Source: Corallochytrium limacisporum Hawaii
Taxonomy: Eukaryota > Protista > Pluriformea
DNA: 64,000 bases
Direction: 5' to 3'
Assembly (NCBI GenBank): GCA_002811645.1
Contig: PDIP01000012.1
Span: 116,452 to 180,451, forward strand
Part shown: piece after piece, positions 42,090-52,847 of the stretch
How positions within the stretch are numbered: position 1 is the first letter of the stretch
Layout of the letters: every line of letters starts with the position of its first letter
Notes under the pieces: model-generated
What the model saw: the letters and a program-made list of their open reading frames with translations, nothing else
The model's database searches: none
What the model was told of the DNA's origin: nothing
Program-made: the position numbers and the translations under genes

Positions 42090-43065
42090 CTCTGTGATGG
42101 TATAGGAAGACCAGAGGCCCGTTCGGTGTTCGTGTTTGCAGCTGTGATCACATTGCCGGTGCCATAGCGGCCCCCAAATATCTGTCAGATAGAAGGCTGC
42201 GTTTGCATATTGTGGTATTTTCGTCCACCGTTCCAAGGACATAAACATTCCCAGCCTCTTCCAGCAGTTACGCTATGTCCAACAAAGTATTGAGAAGCAC
42301 GATGGTGGAATGACGACCGCCCCCGGGGAGACCCGCCACTCTTCCCCGCAGCAGGCGGGTGATGCGACCGTACCCCCGTAACCCACTCACAAGTTGATGC
42401 GTTTGCTGCGTAGGCAATTTGCGGCTGTTGGCTTTCACGCTGTCCAAGCCCTTCAGTTTTGGGTGGTGCAGAGCGCGTCCCTTCCCCGGTCCCTTCCCAC
42501 CGGGCCCAGCCGCCAGCTCTGTGACGCGTTTGATGGCGCGCGTCGATAGTGAAAGTATTTCTGGAACTGAGCGCCGGAAAGGCCAAGAAATCAGGGGGCG
42601 GGGGACCAAAGAAACTGGGCCAAGCATGAGAGAGGGAGCGCCGCAGGAAATCAATTTCACACACGGGTAAGAGGGGGAAGAATGGGGGAGAGTGGTTGGG
42701 ACGAGAGGTGAGAACAGACCCCTCCCGCCCCCCCCACCGGCTCCTCCGCCCCTCGGGGCCCCAGGGGGGGGGTGTTAGTGCTACAGCGTAGGTCTTAGTA
42801 TCATTGTATAGTATTGATCGCAGGGGTGCGAGGGCGTGTTGCTCCGGACCTACAGGTTCGGGTCTCTGAAAACTTGCCGTCGTTGGAACCTTTGCAGTAC
42901 CCCACGGAGTCTTTCTTCGCTAACTCGTGGTCGTTCTCACCTGACCATTTCTCAAATACATAATCAGATATGATGAGAGATGAATGTATTATATGAATGT
43001 TAAATAATTTCGGAAACACCAAAAGCAGATCTCCGGCGAGTGGTCTTTTCACTTGAGCGATTTGT

Positions 43066-46000
43066 TCACCTGCCTTCCCCGTTCACTTCCCTCAGAGGTG
43101 CGGACACAATGGACAGGCTCGAGGGACGGTGAGCGTGAATCGCCGACAGACGTGGGCTAAACGACCCACTCGATGATATTCTCGGGCTCGAAGGACGAGG
43201 GCTGAAGCCGGTCCTGATGGCTTCCCAGAAGAGATCAATGAGAGCTGGGATAACAGGGTCACTGGGCCGCTCAGTCAGCAAATCTTGCATATCATGAGCG
43301 CCTTCTTCATTGCCATCCATGAACATCTTGTCCCAGGCCTTATGGTAGCGGTAGATCCAGACGATTGTCTCATCAGGAACTTCGCTGCGGTAGTCCATAA
43401 GCTCGTAGAACAGCAAGGTCCGCTTCTTCTTCGTCATCCAATGAATCCTTCGGCAAACGAACATGCCCTTAGGCATCCGCTCATAAGTGTCTTCACTGAT
43501 TAGCAAAACCGTGCCGAAAGCCTTACTAGCGCCTTCCAACTCTTCAGCAATTTCGGGGCCATCACCAATAGCAGTGTAGTTGTAGCGATGACTGGAACCG
43601 AAGTTGCCCACAAAGCAGTAGTCTGTGTGAACACCACAGCGTGCTACAACGGGCAAAATCTCCTCAGGGTAGCCGCGCTGTCTCAACTCCTCTGTAACAT
43701 AGTGCAGGCGTTTCTGACTCTCCAAGGCACTTACCATAGCTTGGGCAACATGGTTCGGCTGATCGCTGGGCGCATTCCAGAAGCAGGCAATGGCGTCGCC
43801 AATGAATTTGTCAATGTTGCCGCCATGATCCAGCAAGACATTGGACATTTCACCAAGATACAGGTCCATTAGCTCACCCAGCTGAAGAGGAGTCAGGGCC
43901 TCCGAAATGGTGGTGAAGTTGGCAATGTCAGAGAAAGTTACAGTAATCAGACGCTCATCAAAACCAAGCTTGGGTGCAAAGCTCCTCATTACAGCAACTG
44001 ACTTTTCCTTCTTCGTCAGGGCCTTCGCCATACCAGCTGCAATAGATCCTCGACGAGTTCGCAGATCTTCCTTTTCGTCCTTCACCGGGGCCTCGTCTTC
44101 GTCGTACGGATCCAAGTTCAAAAGCTTGTGCGCCAAGCCAGCAGGCACATACGCTCCGAAATTTGCCAACATCCTTTCGGTTTTGACAATGACGTTTCTC
44201 AGTTCGTAAGATTCCACCGTACGATTGCTGGCGAAGTGGACCATCTTCATGAAGTACTTGCTGTGACGATCCTGTGGAAGAGTTTTGCCCTTGGGTCCTC
44301 CTCCACGAGTCATGAAGGACAAGGCTTCTGTATCATATTTCAGACCACGAAGCATGAAATTGAGAGCCGTGATGACAATTACAAGCATGGCCACAGCAAG
44401 ACCCACAGCGGGTAGAATAATAGGCAATAAATCAATTCCAACAGCCTTGTTGAAGTCTCGGACATCAAAGTCAAGTGCCGCAATCGCGATCCATTCCAGG
44501 TCATCCTCAGAGAGACGATAGATACGGTAAATATAAGTCACCTGGCCAATGACTTGGGCCTGTAACTCCGTACTGTTGTCAATGTTTGCCCAAGAACCAC
44601 CGAAGTTGTTCACCAAATCCTGGGACACGGTCTCGATGATCCTTGCAGACGTCTGCCTCTCGTCTGATGGGGCCACGAGGTCTACGTTAGTGTCCTTGTT
44701 CGCGTTGTAGAAATCAACTTCCTCGTTGACCGGTCCAGTGGCGTTCGTCGCTTGGACACAGGTGCCATCCGAGTGAGTATAAGGAAGGTAGGATGTCGCT
44801 GCAAGCAGACAGCCGTCGCTGAGACCTACAGGGTTAGTCTCGAAAGTGGTAGGGCCATTTTTCCTAATGACGATGAAGTAAGTCAACCTGGACACCTCTG
44901 TAGGAGAGAACTGCAGAGAAGTCACAATCTCATCACGGAGGCAGCTCATCTGGAACGAGAAGTTGCGACTTGTAAGAGACTGCCAGAGCACGTAATTGGG
45001 TTCTCCACTTTCGGTATCGTAGCTTTGAATAGTTGGTTGGACCAGGCCACCCATAACGTTCGGACAGAACTCTGACGCAGTCACAGGTGGAAGCGTAACG
45101 ACAGCTGGGCAATTTGTGGTCCTCTCCTCATCAGCAATAGGAGTGTCAGTGCCATTAATTTGTCCACCACATGCGGCATCCTTCGTGGTAAAGGCAAGCT
45201 CCTCCGCAATAGGAAGGATGACCACATTTGATGTCTCTGTGTTCGCAGCTGTCTCACCAGGGTTGTTTTCGCTTTCGTCGGGGACATTGATTGCTCGGCA
45301 CTCTGGACCAACGTTGGTGCAGTTTGTGAAGGAGTAAATTGAGTAGTCACCGCTGTCTAGATCCTCGACTGCTGCAACTTTGTCGCGGACGAAAACACTT
45401 GAACATCCAGAGTATTCGTTGTAGAATTGTGTGGAATTGGGACAGTTGGAGCCAGTGGGAAGTGGGAGGAGTCGCAGTGCACCCTCAGTGTTATCACCTG
45501 TTTCCGGAACTTTCGCCACTGTAAGCCCTCCAACATTGTCAGAGCTTTCCACAAGCACCATGAAATTTAGAACTTCTTCTAAGCTCAAGAGCACAGGATC
45601 CGCGTCAGGAAACTCGGCTTCCAAGCCTGGCACATTAAGCAGCACAGTGCCATACATGATTCCCTTCTGTACTGAGCCAAGGCTGTCCATTGCCCCGTAA
45701 ATCATTTGCCTAAAAGATTGAATCATTAGCGCTAGCGAGGGGCCTACCAAAATCCCTTCCAAATCTGCACCACGATCATTGGCAAATGTGATAAACATGT
45801 TCACGTTGTAGAAGACCAAAGCAGCAAACGGAATCGTGAATACCAGGGGAATGATAAGCTGCAAGCTGATGATTTTCCGATACCACACATGACTTCTGCG
45901 ACTATACATTCGGTCCACGAACGCACCGGGAGTGTTCACTTGCTCTTTCTCTTCTTCAGCTACCCGCTTTGAATCCTTTTTGCGCTTGAACAGGCGGCTT

Positions 46001-46224
46001 CCACCCTTCCATGACGATACCGAGCTGTATCGTTTGGTAGCCTGAGCTGACATGCTCTTTGCTTTCGGCTTGGGTTCCACGCCATAGCTTCCAAAGGAAG
46101 AGATCGACAGCTTTGGCCCGGACTTTGGTGTCTGTGGTACCTCGCCCATATTCAGGTCCTTTTCAAGAGAACCCATCGCCGAATCCGGCGGGGTACTCGT
46201 ATCACTGCTGTTCCGACTCATCAT
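43066..46224 (-). CDS. Receptor-type class III adenylyl cyclase-like protein (2 TM, large extracellular domain, bacterial-like catalytic domain)
   Basis: FSDIANFTTISE, IDKFIGDAIACFWNAP, RCGVHT, VGNFGS..RYNYTAIGD and LEG.SK.FGT.LLISE. Two TM helices flank a Cys/Asn-rich ectodomain. Confidence 0.9.
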   Translation of the reverse strand: MMSRNSSDTSTPPDSAMGSLEKDLNMGEVPQTPKSGPKLSISSFGSYGVEPKPKAKSMSAQATKRYSSVSSWKGGSRLFKRKKDSKRVAEEEKEQVNTPGAFVDRMYSRRSHVWYRKIISLQLIIPLVFTIPFAALVFYNVNMFITFANDRGADLEGILVGPSLALMIQSFRQMIYGAMDSLGSVQKGIMYGTVLLNVPGLEAEFPDADPVLLSLEEVLNFMVLVESSDNVGGLTVAKVPETGDNTEGALRLLPLPTGSNCPNSTQFYNEYSGCSSVFVRDKVAAVEDLDSGDYSIYSFTNCTNVGPECRAINVPDESENNPGETAANTETSNVVILPIAEELAFTTKDAACGGQINGTDTPIADEERTTNCPAVVTLPPVTASEFCPNVMGGLVQPTIQSYDTESGEPNYVLWQSLTSRNFSFQMSCLRDEIVTSLQFSPTEVSRLTYFIVIRKNGPTTFETNPVGLSDGCLLAATSYLPYTHSDGTCVQATNATGPVNEEVDFYNANKDTNVDLVAPSDERQTSARIIETVSQDLVNNFGGSWANIDNSTELQAQVIGQVTYIYRIYRLSEDDLEWIAIAALDFDVRDFNKAVGIDLLPIILPAVGLAVAMLVIVITALNFMLRGLKYDTEALSFMTRGGGPKGKTLPQDRHSKYFMKMVHFASNRTVESYELRNVIVKTERMLANFGAYVPAGLAHKLLNLDPYDEDEAPVKDEKEDLRTRRGSIAAGMAKALTKKEKSVAVMRSFAPKLGFDERLITVTFSDIANFTTISEALTPLQLGELMDLYLGEMSNVLLDHGGNIDKFIGDAIACFWNAPSDQPNHVAQAMVSALESQKRLHYVTEELRQRGYPEEILPVVARCGVHTDYCFVGNFGSSHRYNYTAIGDGPEIAEELEGASKAFGTVLLISEDTYERMPKGMFVCRRIHWMTKKKRTLLFYELMDYRSEVPDETIVWIYRYHKAWDKMFMDGNEEGAHDMQDLLTERPSDPVIPALIDLFWEAIRTGFSPRPSSPRISSSGSFSPRLSAIHAHRPSSLSIVSAPLREVNGEGR

Positions 46225-49200
46225 TCTACTGATTCTTTTCCAAACTCTTTACTGGCTTTCACTTGCCACGGAAAGAATTTTAACTACTTTCCCATTTCTC
46301 ACCCTTGCAGAAAAATAATGTTTCAAAATTTTATACCGATTTTGGATAGTTTTACATTTATTTTGTCACATCTGCATATAATCTATACATTTGAATTTGG
46401 ATTCCGAAATAGCTTTTGGCATCCAACCCGTACAGTGATCGGAGTTGTTTGAAACCATAGGTATATCACACATAGACTGATAACGGTGTATAATACGCAG
46501 AGTATATCTCCATTTGAAACAACAAAACTCTCTGCATCGTCTACACCATCTATTGATGGTGTTTGTGCAAAGTATTAAATGTTCATGGCTCCACTCCGGC
46601 TCGCGTTGCACAGAACCCAACAGCGTACCGCAGAACACAGAGCGCACTCCCAGTGGCTTCTTGGTAGTCTGCCCCCTACAAGGCACTTTCTATCCCGGCG
46701 CTTTCGTCCCTTGAAATTGCAATATATTAAATATGAATGGAACGGACCAAAAGCGTGGAGCATCTGTAAACAGAGGACGGAGTTTGGGCCAATGACGAGA
46801 ACCTCGCAGGGTTGGTTCGCCTCTACGCGACGAAGCAAGGGCGGTCGCTCCGCCTTTCCCCTCCCAACCCCACAACTTTTGGCCGAAAATTGGCATAGGT
46901 TGGGTATGGAGCAAAGAATTTTGGTTGACGTTGGCCAAAAACGGTCATGGCAGCTATGCCAATCGGAAGAAAAATTTTCCAATTTCCACTCTTTCTCCAA
47001 TAGTAAATGTATGGATAGTTGTCGTTCGTCTCAGTCTTGGCTCCTCTTGTGTTCAACATTTTCTGTCCGGACCGGGGAAAACCGAAGTACATTAAATATA
47101 GAACAGCAACGAATCACGTCCCGAGCACTCTGTTCCGTCCTCAACTCGGAGAGCTCCCTGCCCAGCCTCTCGTTCGCCTTCTCCGATTGGCCTACTACCC
47201 TTGCTAGTAATGAAACCGTGCCTGAAATTTTCAGTTTCGGAGGCGCAGGACCCGCCTGCAAGCGAAACGAGGCATGTCTGTGGTGCTCTTCTCGCCTGCA
47301 CTTGTACCCGAAGACCTGTCCACTGATTTCGCTGTTCACTGGTCCTGGAAGAGTTGCGTGATATTTTGAAATACATTTTATATGAAAGACGAACACACCT
47401 ATGCAACGGATGAGAGGTAGAGGAGGGGTAGTGGGGAACACGACCTGGATTGCTGCCAAAATGATGTCCACAGAGCGATAAGAACAGAAATCACAAACCT
47501 TCTCTCTCTATCGCTATTGTCACTACTGCTGATCACTTGATAATACTCGATGCGCTGCGATGTGCCATGCACGGTGATACCGGAACTCATTTGGTGGAAC
47601 AGCGCGTCATTCCCTGATGATTCTGACGCTTCATAAAAGCTTCTGCGGGACTGACAGAATGCTAATGCTGTGTGGTGCAGGCGAACGTGGCACTGCTAGG
47701 TGTGTGCGGGTTCCTTGGAGTGGCACATTCCACCAAATGAAACGACCTTGAAAACCTCCCTCCCCCCCCCCCCCCTTCTACTCTTTTCTTCTACTCCCGG
47801 CTTTCTCTCCTGTTGTCACTCCCAGCCTCCTATCACCATCCTTTCAGGGGCTGCTGGAATTCTCTAATGTTTTCTACCAGCATCTGTGTATAGGGGGAGG
47901 CCCCTCCCTCCTCTCCACCGCTGGGCTTACTCCTAACTCCCGCCCCCGGAGGCCTATTGCCCCTCAATCGAAGCCGAAAGAAGACGAACATGCGCTTCAC
48001 GCAAGTCCGCGATGAAACACCGAGGACCCCCCCCCTTGCTGCATCTCCGTCTTCAGTCTTCATTATTCTTCGCTACTGAAGGTAGTGCAGAAATGGTCCG
48101 GGAAACATGGGCGCAATGGGCGGCGGAATTGGGAATTGTTCACTGGAAGGTGGACCGCAAAACTCGTCCCCGAGCACGAAACTTGTGGGGCAGGGAAACA
48201 AAACAGCAATATAGACCATATACTGAAACCGAACAGGGACGTACCGGGGCTAGGCAAGATATCGACGTCGATCTGGTGGACAAAAGAGAAGAAGACTGGG
48301 GGAGGTGCAACAAGAACTTTGGGTGCTGGAGCGCTGAAAATGATCAATCAAATATTTCGAATCTACAAATACACTGTAAATATGTAGTTTGCTCTTCTAA
48401 GTCAGATTTCATATTCAATGATTGTTGTATATGCATATCTCTGAATGTTAATCAAAGTAATCAACGCATTGACCAATGGGGAGGTAGTACTCATGCCCAA
48501 GTCCAAGCTGCGGAGGCCCCTGCAGCTCGGCCCCTTCCCTCCTCTTCGCGTCTTCTTCGCGCTCGCGACAAGCCGCGTCGAGAGCCACTTTAGACTATGG
48601 TTGATATGTGAGTGCGCATGCAGTAGACATCCTCCTAGAGTACGGACCTGCTTTGGTGCAGAACGGGTCGTTGGATACTGCTTTGAATAGTCAAGTTGAC
48701 GACATAACACATTTCAGAACCCCTTCTTATTTGCATCAGAGAAGGAAACCGAAGACAACAGGGAAGATGCATGTGGTCGTGTGTCGCCGGTGCATATTCT
48801 ATGTACTACTATAGTACTGTTTACAACAGCAAAATTGTGCTGCAACTGAAGCAGCAGGGGGTTGACTGCTGCACGAGAGTGGACTCCGTCCCTTCTTGTG
48901 TCATTTTGTGGTATCGGGCGTGGAACATGCTGAAATAGAACATTTCTGTGGTGCACGTACGGAGGATGTTTCACATGAAGATGATGTGATGATGCTGCCT
49001 GTCTATGCTTGGAGGCAAGATGATGGGGCCATTTTGAAGACCACAAATTATGGATCTCGAGATCGCTCACATATCTTCTTTACCACCGAGCAGAAGTCCT
49101 GCAGCCACACAATACGGACTATGGGTTGCACACACTTGGCATTTTCCCCCTGGAGTTAGAATTGACAGACGGCAGCGTGATGGAGAATCAGCTCGGAGCA

Positions 49201-50929
49201 CTCACATGCCATCCCAGTCAAAAAGCAGTGAATGCTCTGCGGGAACCGCACGGCAGTGCAGTACTAGAAAAAGAGTTTTCGATGTCTAGTCACCTGAGAC
49301 TGAGTTGTAATTGCGCTTAACCAGCCCCAGACCGCGTGCATCTGGAAATCCATCCTAAAGGTTCTCCCTCAATGCACCTAAAAACAACAATAACAATCTA
49401 ACTGGCTTTTTGCAGTGAGAATGGCTGGGGTACTAGCGGGGTGAGAACTCATCAGTCCAGTTGCTCGGGCCCTTCTCCTGCCTCCACGGGACAACCGTTG
49501 ACGAAGAAATCGGTGAAAGGTGGAGTACATTTGTGCGTCATTGAATTTTCTCCAGGCATATCACGGCTCGGTGTCCTTCGCGGTCCCTGTCGTCTCGCGA
49601 CTGTAATTGAAAATTAATGAAGAAAAAATTTCAAACCGTTTTGGTGCGCTGATACTCGGGTTCTCGACGTCTGGAGACAAAAACAGTAGCCTCGGTATTT
49701 TCGATGGGATCCTGAATTCCTCCTGCAACTGTTATCATACACGCCCCTCCCAATTATACAACGAAATGCCGAAGATTCTACGTATAGTACATTTACTATA
49801 CAGCAGCAGCAGCTTCGGAAAAACCCGAGTCCCACAGTTTATCGGACCCACCCATCATCGTGTTTGCTGTCGCCTTCGAGAGTAACCCTGTTGAAACATG
49901 ACGGTCCGGTACTGAATCATAGTGCGCCCATGCACTTCGATAAATGCATGAATTGAAGAAAAATGAGTAAACAGAGGACACCAGGAGTTTGTAGAATTTT
50001 CAGAGACCAAGGAGGAAATGTAAACTTCGTGGTTCTCTTTGGCGACAATCTATGGAACCGCCCTAAAAATGTGGCAGCAGCATCTCGCCTTTCCCATCGC
50101 TATTGAAGAGTATATCATCCGGTGCTAATTAGTCTCCTGTACTTTTTAACAGAGAGAGTCCTGTACCCCCATCGGTCACAGCGTGTGTTAACTCGCTCAA
50201 CACACAGCACACACCCTATCGGAATACGTTTCCCCTCCCCCTTCCCTCCCAATTGGAGGCGTGTCTCCGCGAGGTTGTTTTGTCATACATGGGCAACCAA
50301 GAAGTAGGGGTCAGCACTTGTTGGGCCCACCCTAGAGTTAGGAAGATTGTCAGCAGCCCTGCAGCGATGCGGTGTGACATTTACGTGGTCGCGAGCCCAC
50401 GCAGAAGTCGTGGTCGAAAATGGACTTTAGACGGCTTAGGTCCTCACACAACACCTCCGAATCACCCTCACACCGCGGTCGCGAAATGTGTCGTGTGGTC
50501 GGGCGGAGTTCGGCGGGGCATCGGGCCCGAAGGGGGGGAGGAGGAATGCTGCGGCTCATACAGGACACTTTTGGCATCGTTGAGGAACGGCTTTATCTTG
50601 GCATATGGCTCGTCAAATGTGTCCATTATCCATTTCCGACTTGATTTTGAATGAACAGTCGAATAGAAACTGAGAAAGACTTATATTGAAACCAAATCAT
50701 TGTGAAATTCATTCGACACCCGGGATGCTATTTCATGTGCTATTTATACATATGTGAAAATAACCCATCCATACCTCATAGCTTTACACAAGGTGCCTGT
50801 TCAATTTTGAAATTCGAGGAGACAAATTGGCGTGTATTTTCTGTGATAGTTCTAAGCTGTTATAGAATCTCAGTGCCTGTAAATTTCATTGCGACATTAT
50901 TGTGAATTGAATTAACAGAAACAGATAAT

Positions 50930-51916
50930 ATGTCTGCAGAAGACGACTATGAATCCCTTGGGGACAACGCAGGAGTCGGCATCCACATGGCTGCTGGCGC
51001 AGCCGCAGGTGTATTTGAACACTGCGCTATGTACCCCCTCGATATGATCAAGACTCGCATGCAGAGTTTGGGAACAACGTCGTTAGCGGAGAGCGGAATT
51101 TTTTCTGCTATGCGGTCAGTGAGTACACGTGAAGGTAGTATGGCATTAGTTCGTGGTCTCGGAGTTATGGCCAGCGGTGCAGGACCTGCACATGCTCTTT
51201 ACTTCGCATCCTACGAAAAGGCAAAGGAAGCCTTGGCCGGTGGTGCAGACTCCGTCATGGCTACCGGAACAGCGGGCGCTCTGGCTACCATTGTTCACGA
51301 CGGTTTTATGAACCCTTTCGATGTCGTGAAACAACGCATGCAGCTCGGACTTACGAAGTACAACAATGCCTTCAATGTTGCCGGATCAATATTGAAGACT
51401 GAAGGTATTGGTGCATTCTACAGGTCATACTCTACACAGCTTACCATGAACATTCCTTACCAGAGTGTCCACTTCGTGGTGTACGAAAAACTTCGGGCGT
51501 ATCTGAATCCCACAGGGGAATACAATCCCAAGGCCCATATTCTTGCGGGTGGTGCAGCCGGCGCAGTGGCAGCCGCTGTCACTACTCCCTTGGACGTAGT
51601 GAAGACTTTGCTGAACACTCAGGAGCTTCCGGGTGCTTCCTCACTCAAGGGTCAATATATTACCGGCGTCTTTGGAGCAGCACGCACAATCAAAGAACAT
51701 GTGGGATATGCAGGATTCTTCCGGGGCATGCGGGCCCGTGTGCTGTTCCATGCTCCTTCTACGGCTATCTGTTGGACCGTTTACGAATTCTTCAAGTTCT
51801 CACTGGCCAAGGACAAGATGGACCAGAACACCGAATCAAAAGGACTTCTCGAATTCAGAAGCCCTGCACACGAGGCCACGGGACGTCGGGTTATGGCTAC
51901 TAGTGCCAAGGAGTAA
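50930..51916 (+). CDS. Mitoferrin (SLC25A37/28, MRS3/4) mitochondrial iron carrier
   Basis: DYESL, HMAAGAAAGVFEHCAMYPLD.IKTRMQ, GAGPAHALYFASYE, HDGFMNPFDVVKQRMQ and SYSTQLTMNIPYQ. Three carrier repeats. Confidence 0.95.
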   Translation: MSAEDDYESLGDNAGVGIHMAAGAAAGVFEHCAMYPLDMIKTRMQSLGTTSLAESGIFSAMRSVSTREGSMALVRGLGVMASGAGPAHALYFASYEKAKEALAGGADSVMATGTAGALATIVHDGFMNPFDVVKQRMQLGLTKYNNAFNVAGSILKTEGIGAFYRSYSTQLTMNIPYQSVHFVVYEKLRAYLNPTGEYNPKAHILAGGAAGAVAAAVTTPLDVVKTLLNTQELPGASSLKGQYITGVFGAARTIKEHVGYAGFFRGMRARVLFHAPSTAICWTVYEFFKFSLAKDKMDQNTESKGLLEFRSPAHEATGRRVMATSAKE

Positions 51917-52683
51917 TTTCGGTTGTAGTCATCAAACGGCATTTCTGGGTTGAACACCGTCTTGGAAATTCTCCAGATTGTGTAGCATCATTGCCACCAC
52001 CATCATCAATTATGCATCATCATCATCGTCATCAACATAGTTAGTTTTAGCACCATCCATCTACATAAGCACATCATCAGTGAAAGGTCTGAGAAGTTGA
52101 GGCTTTCGGAGGACATACACACACATAGACCGCACAACCATGGTCAGGTAAAGGGGGTTTGACTGGGATATTTAAATCAGAATTTTTGCGAACTGGACGT
52201 GACCAGCGTAGTCACTCCATCTCCAGCCATCCTCTCCTTCGCTCAAGTCTCTGTGGCTATCGATCATCGCGGGCACACAGAAAATAAAAGATCGACTTTT
52301 TGACATCTTGTGATACTCTTGATAAACCATGGCATGTGTGTAAGTCCATGAGAATAATGAACGTTTCGCGTGAAGGTTTGTAGAATCTACTGCAGTGAGC
52401 GGTGAACGGCAATCCGCGCCGGTCACACCGCCAAACCCCATGGAAATTGATTTTCAGTACACAAACCCCTGTCCCTCCTTAAAACACTCTCGAGCATCGG
52501 TTCTGAGAGTCGAAGACTCGTAGTAATGAACCGAGGTGAAGAAAAACAGTTGCCGCGCTTTTTTTCCTGAGCCCATAGGCTCTCCTTATCACTGTGCCCA
52601 TGTATACTGTACGGCGGCTCACCTAGGGATGCGTCCCGTCTTGAGCGATAACAAGTACGATCCGGACACCAGGTAGGATACGA

Positions 52684-52708
52684 TTCAGGTACCTGTCAGG
52701 TACCTGAA
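52684..52708. repeat. Perfect 25-bp inverted repeat made of two tandem 10-bp palindromes
   Basis: TTCAGGTACCTG-T-CAGGTACCTGAA, about 140 bp upstream of ATG 52848. Confidence 0.85.
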
Positions 52709-52847
52709 CGTTCTGGATCACGCTCTTGGTCCCATTGTTCGGGAGATGCATTATATCCAATCATCCAAATGGTCAGCATAGCTAACTTTCGGTGATAGCT
52801 AGTAGCATGAGTCGGACGAAATACATGATGCACCGCGGGCTGGGACT

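Noticed and set aside
47209-47242. SECIS-like ATGA...AA...GA
   Set aside because: Helix II does not pair properly and there is no upstream selenoprotein ORF.
46579-47361. 260-aa plus-strand ORF
   Set aside because: It spans promoter-like sequence with CCAAT and TATA motifs, has atypical composition and shows no domain.
52081-52095. GAAAGGTCTGAG resembling RNase P RNA CR-I
   Set aside because: No complementary CR-V (TCAGAC) element downstream, and it lies at the end of the mitoferrin 3' region.
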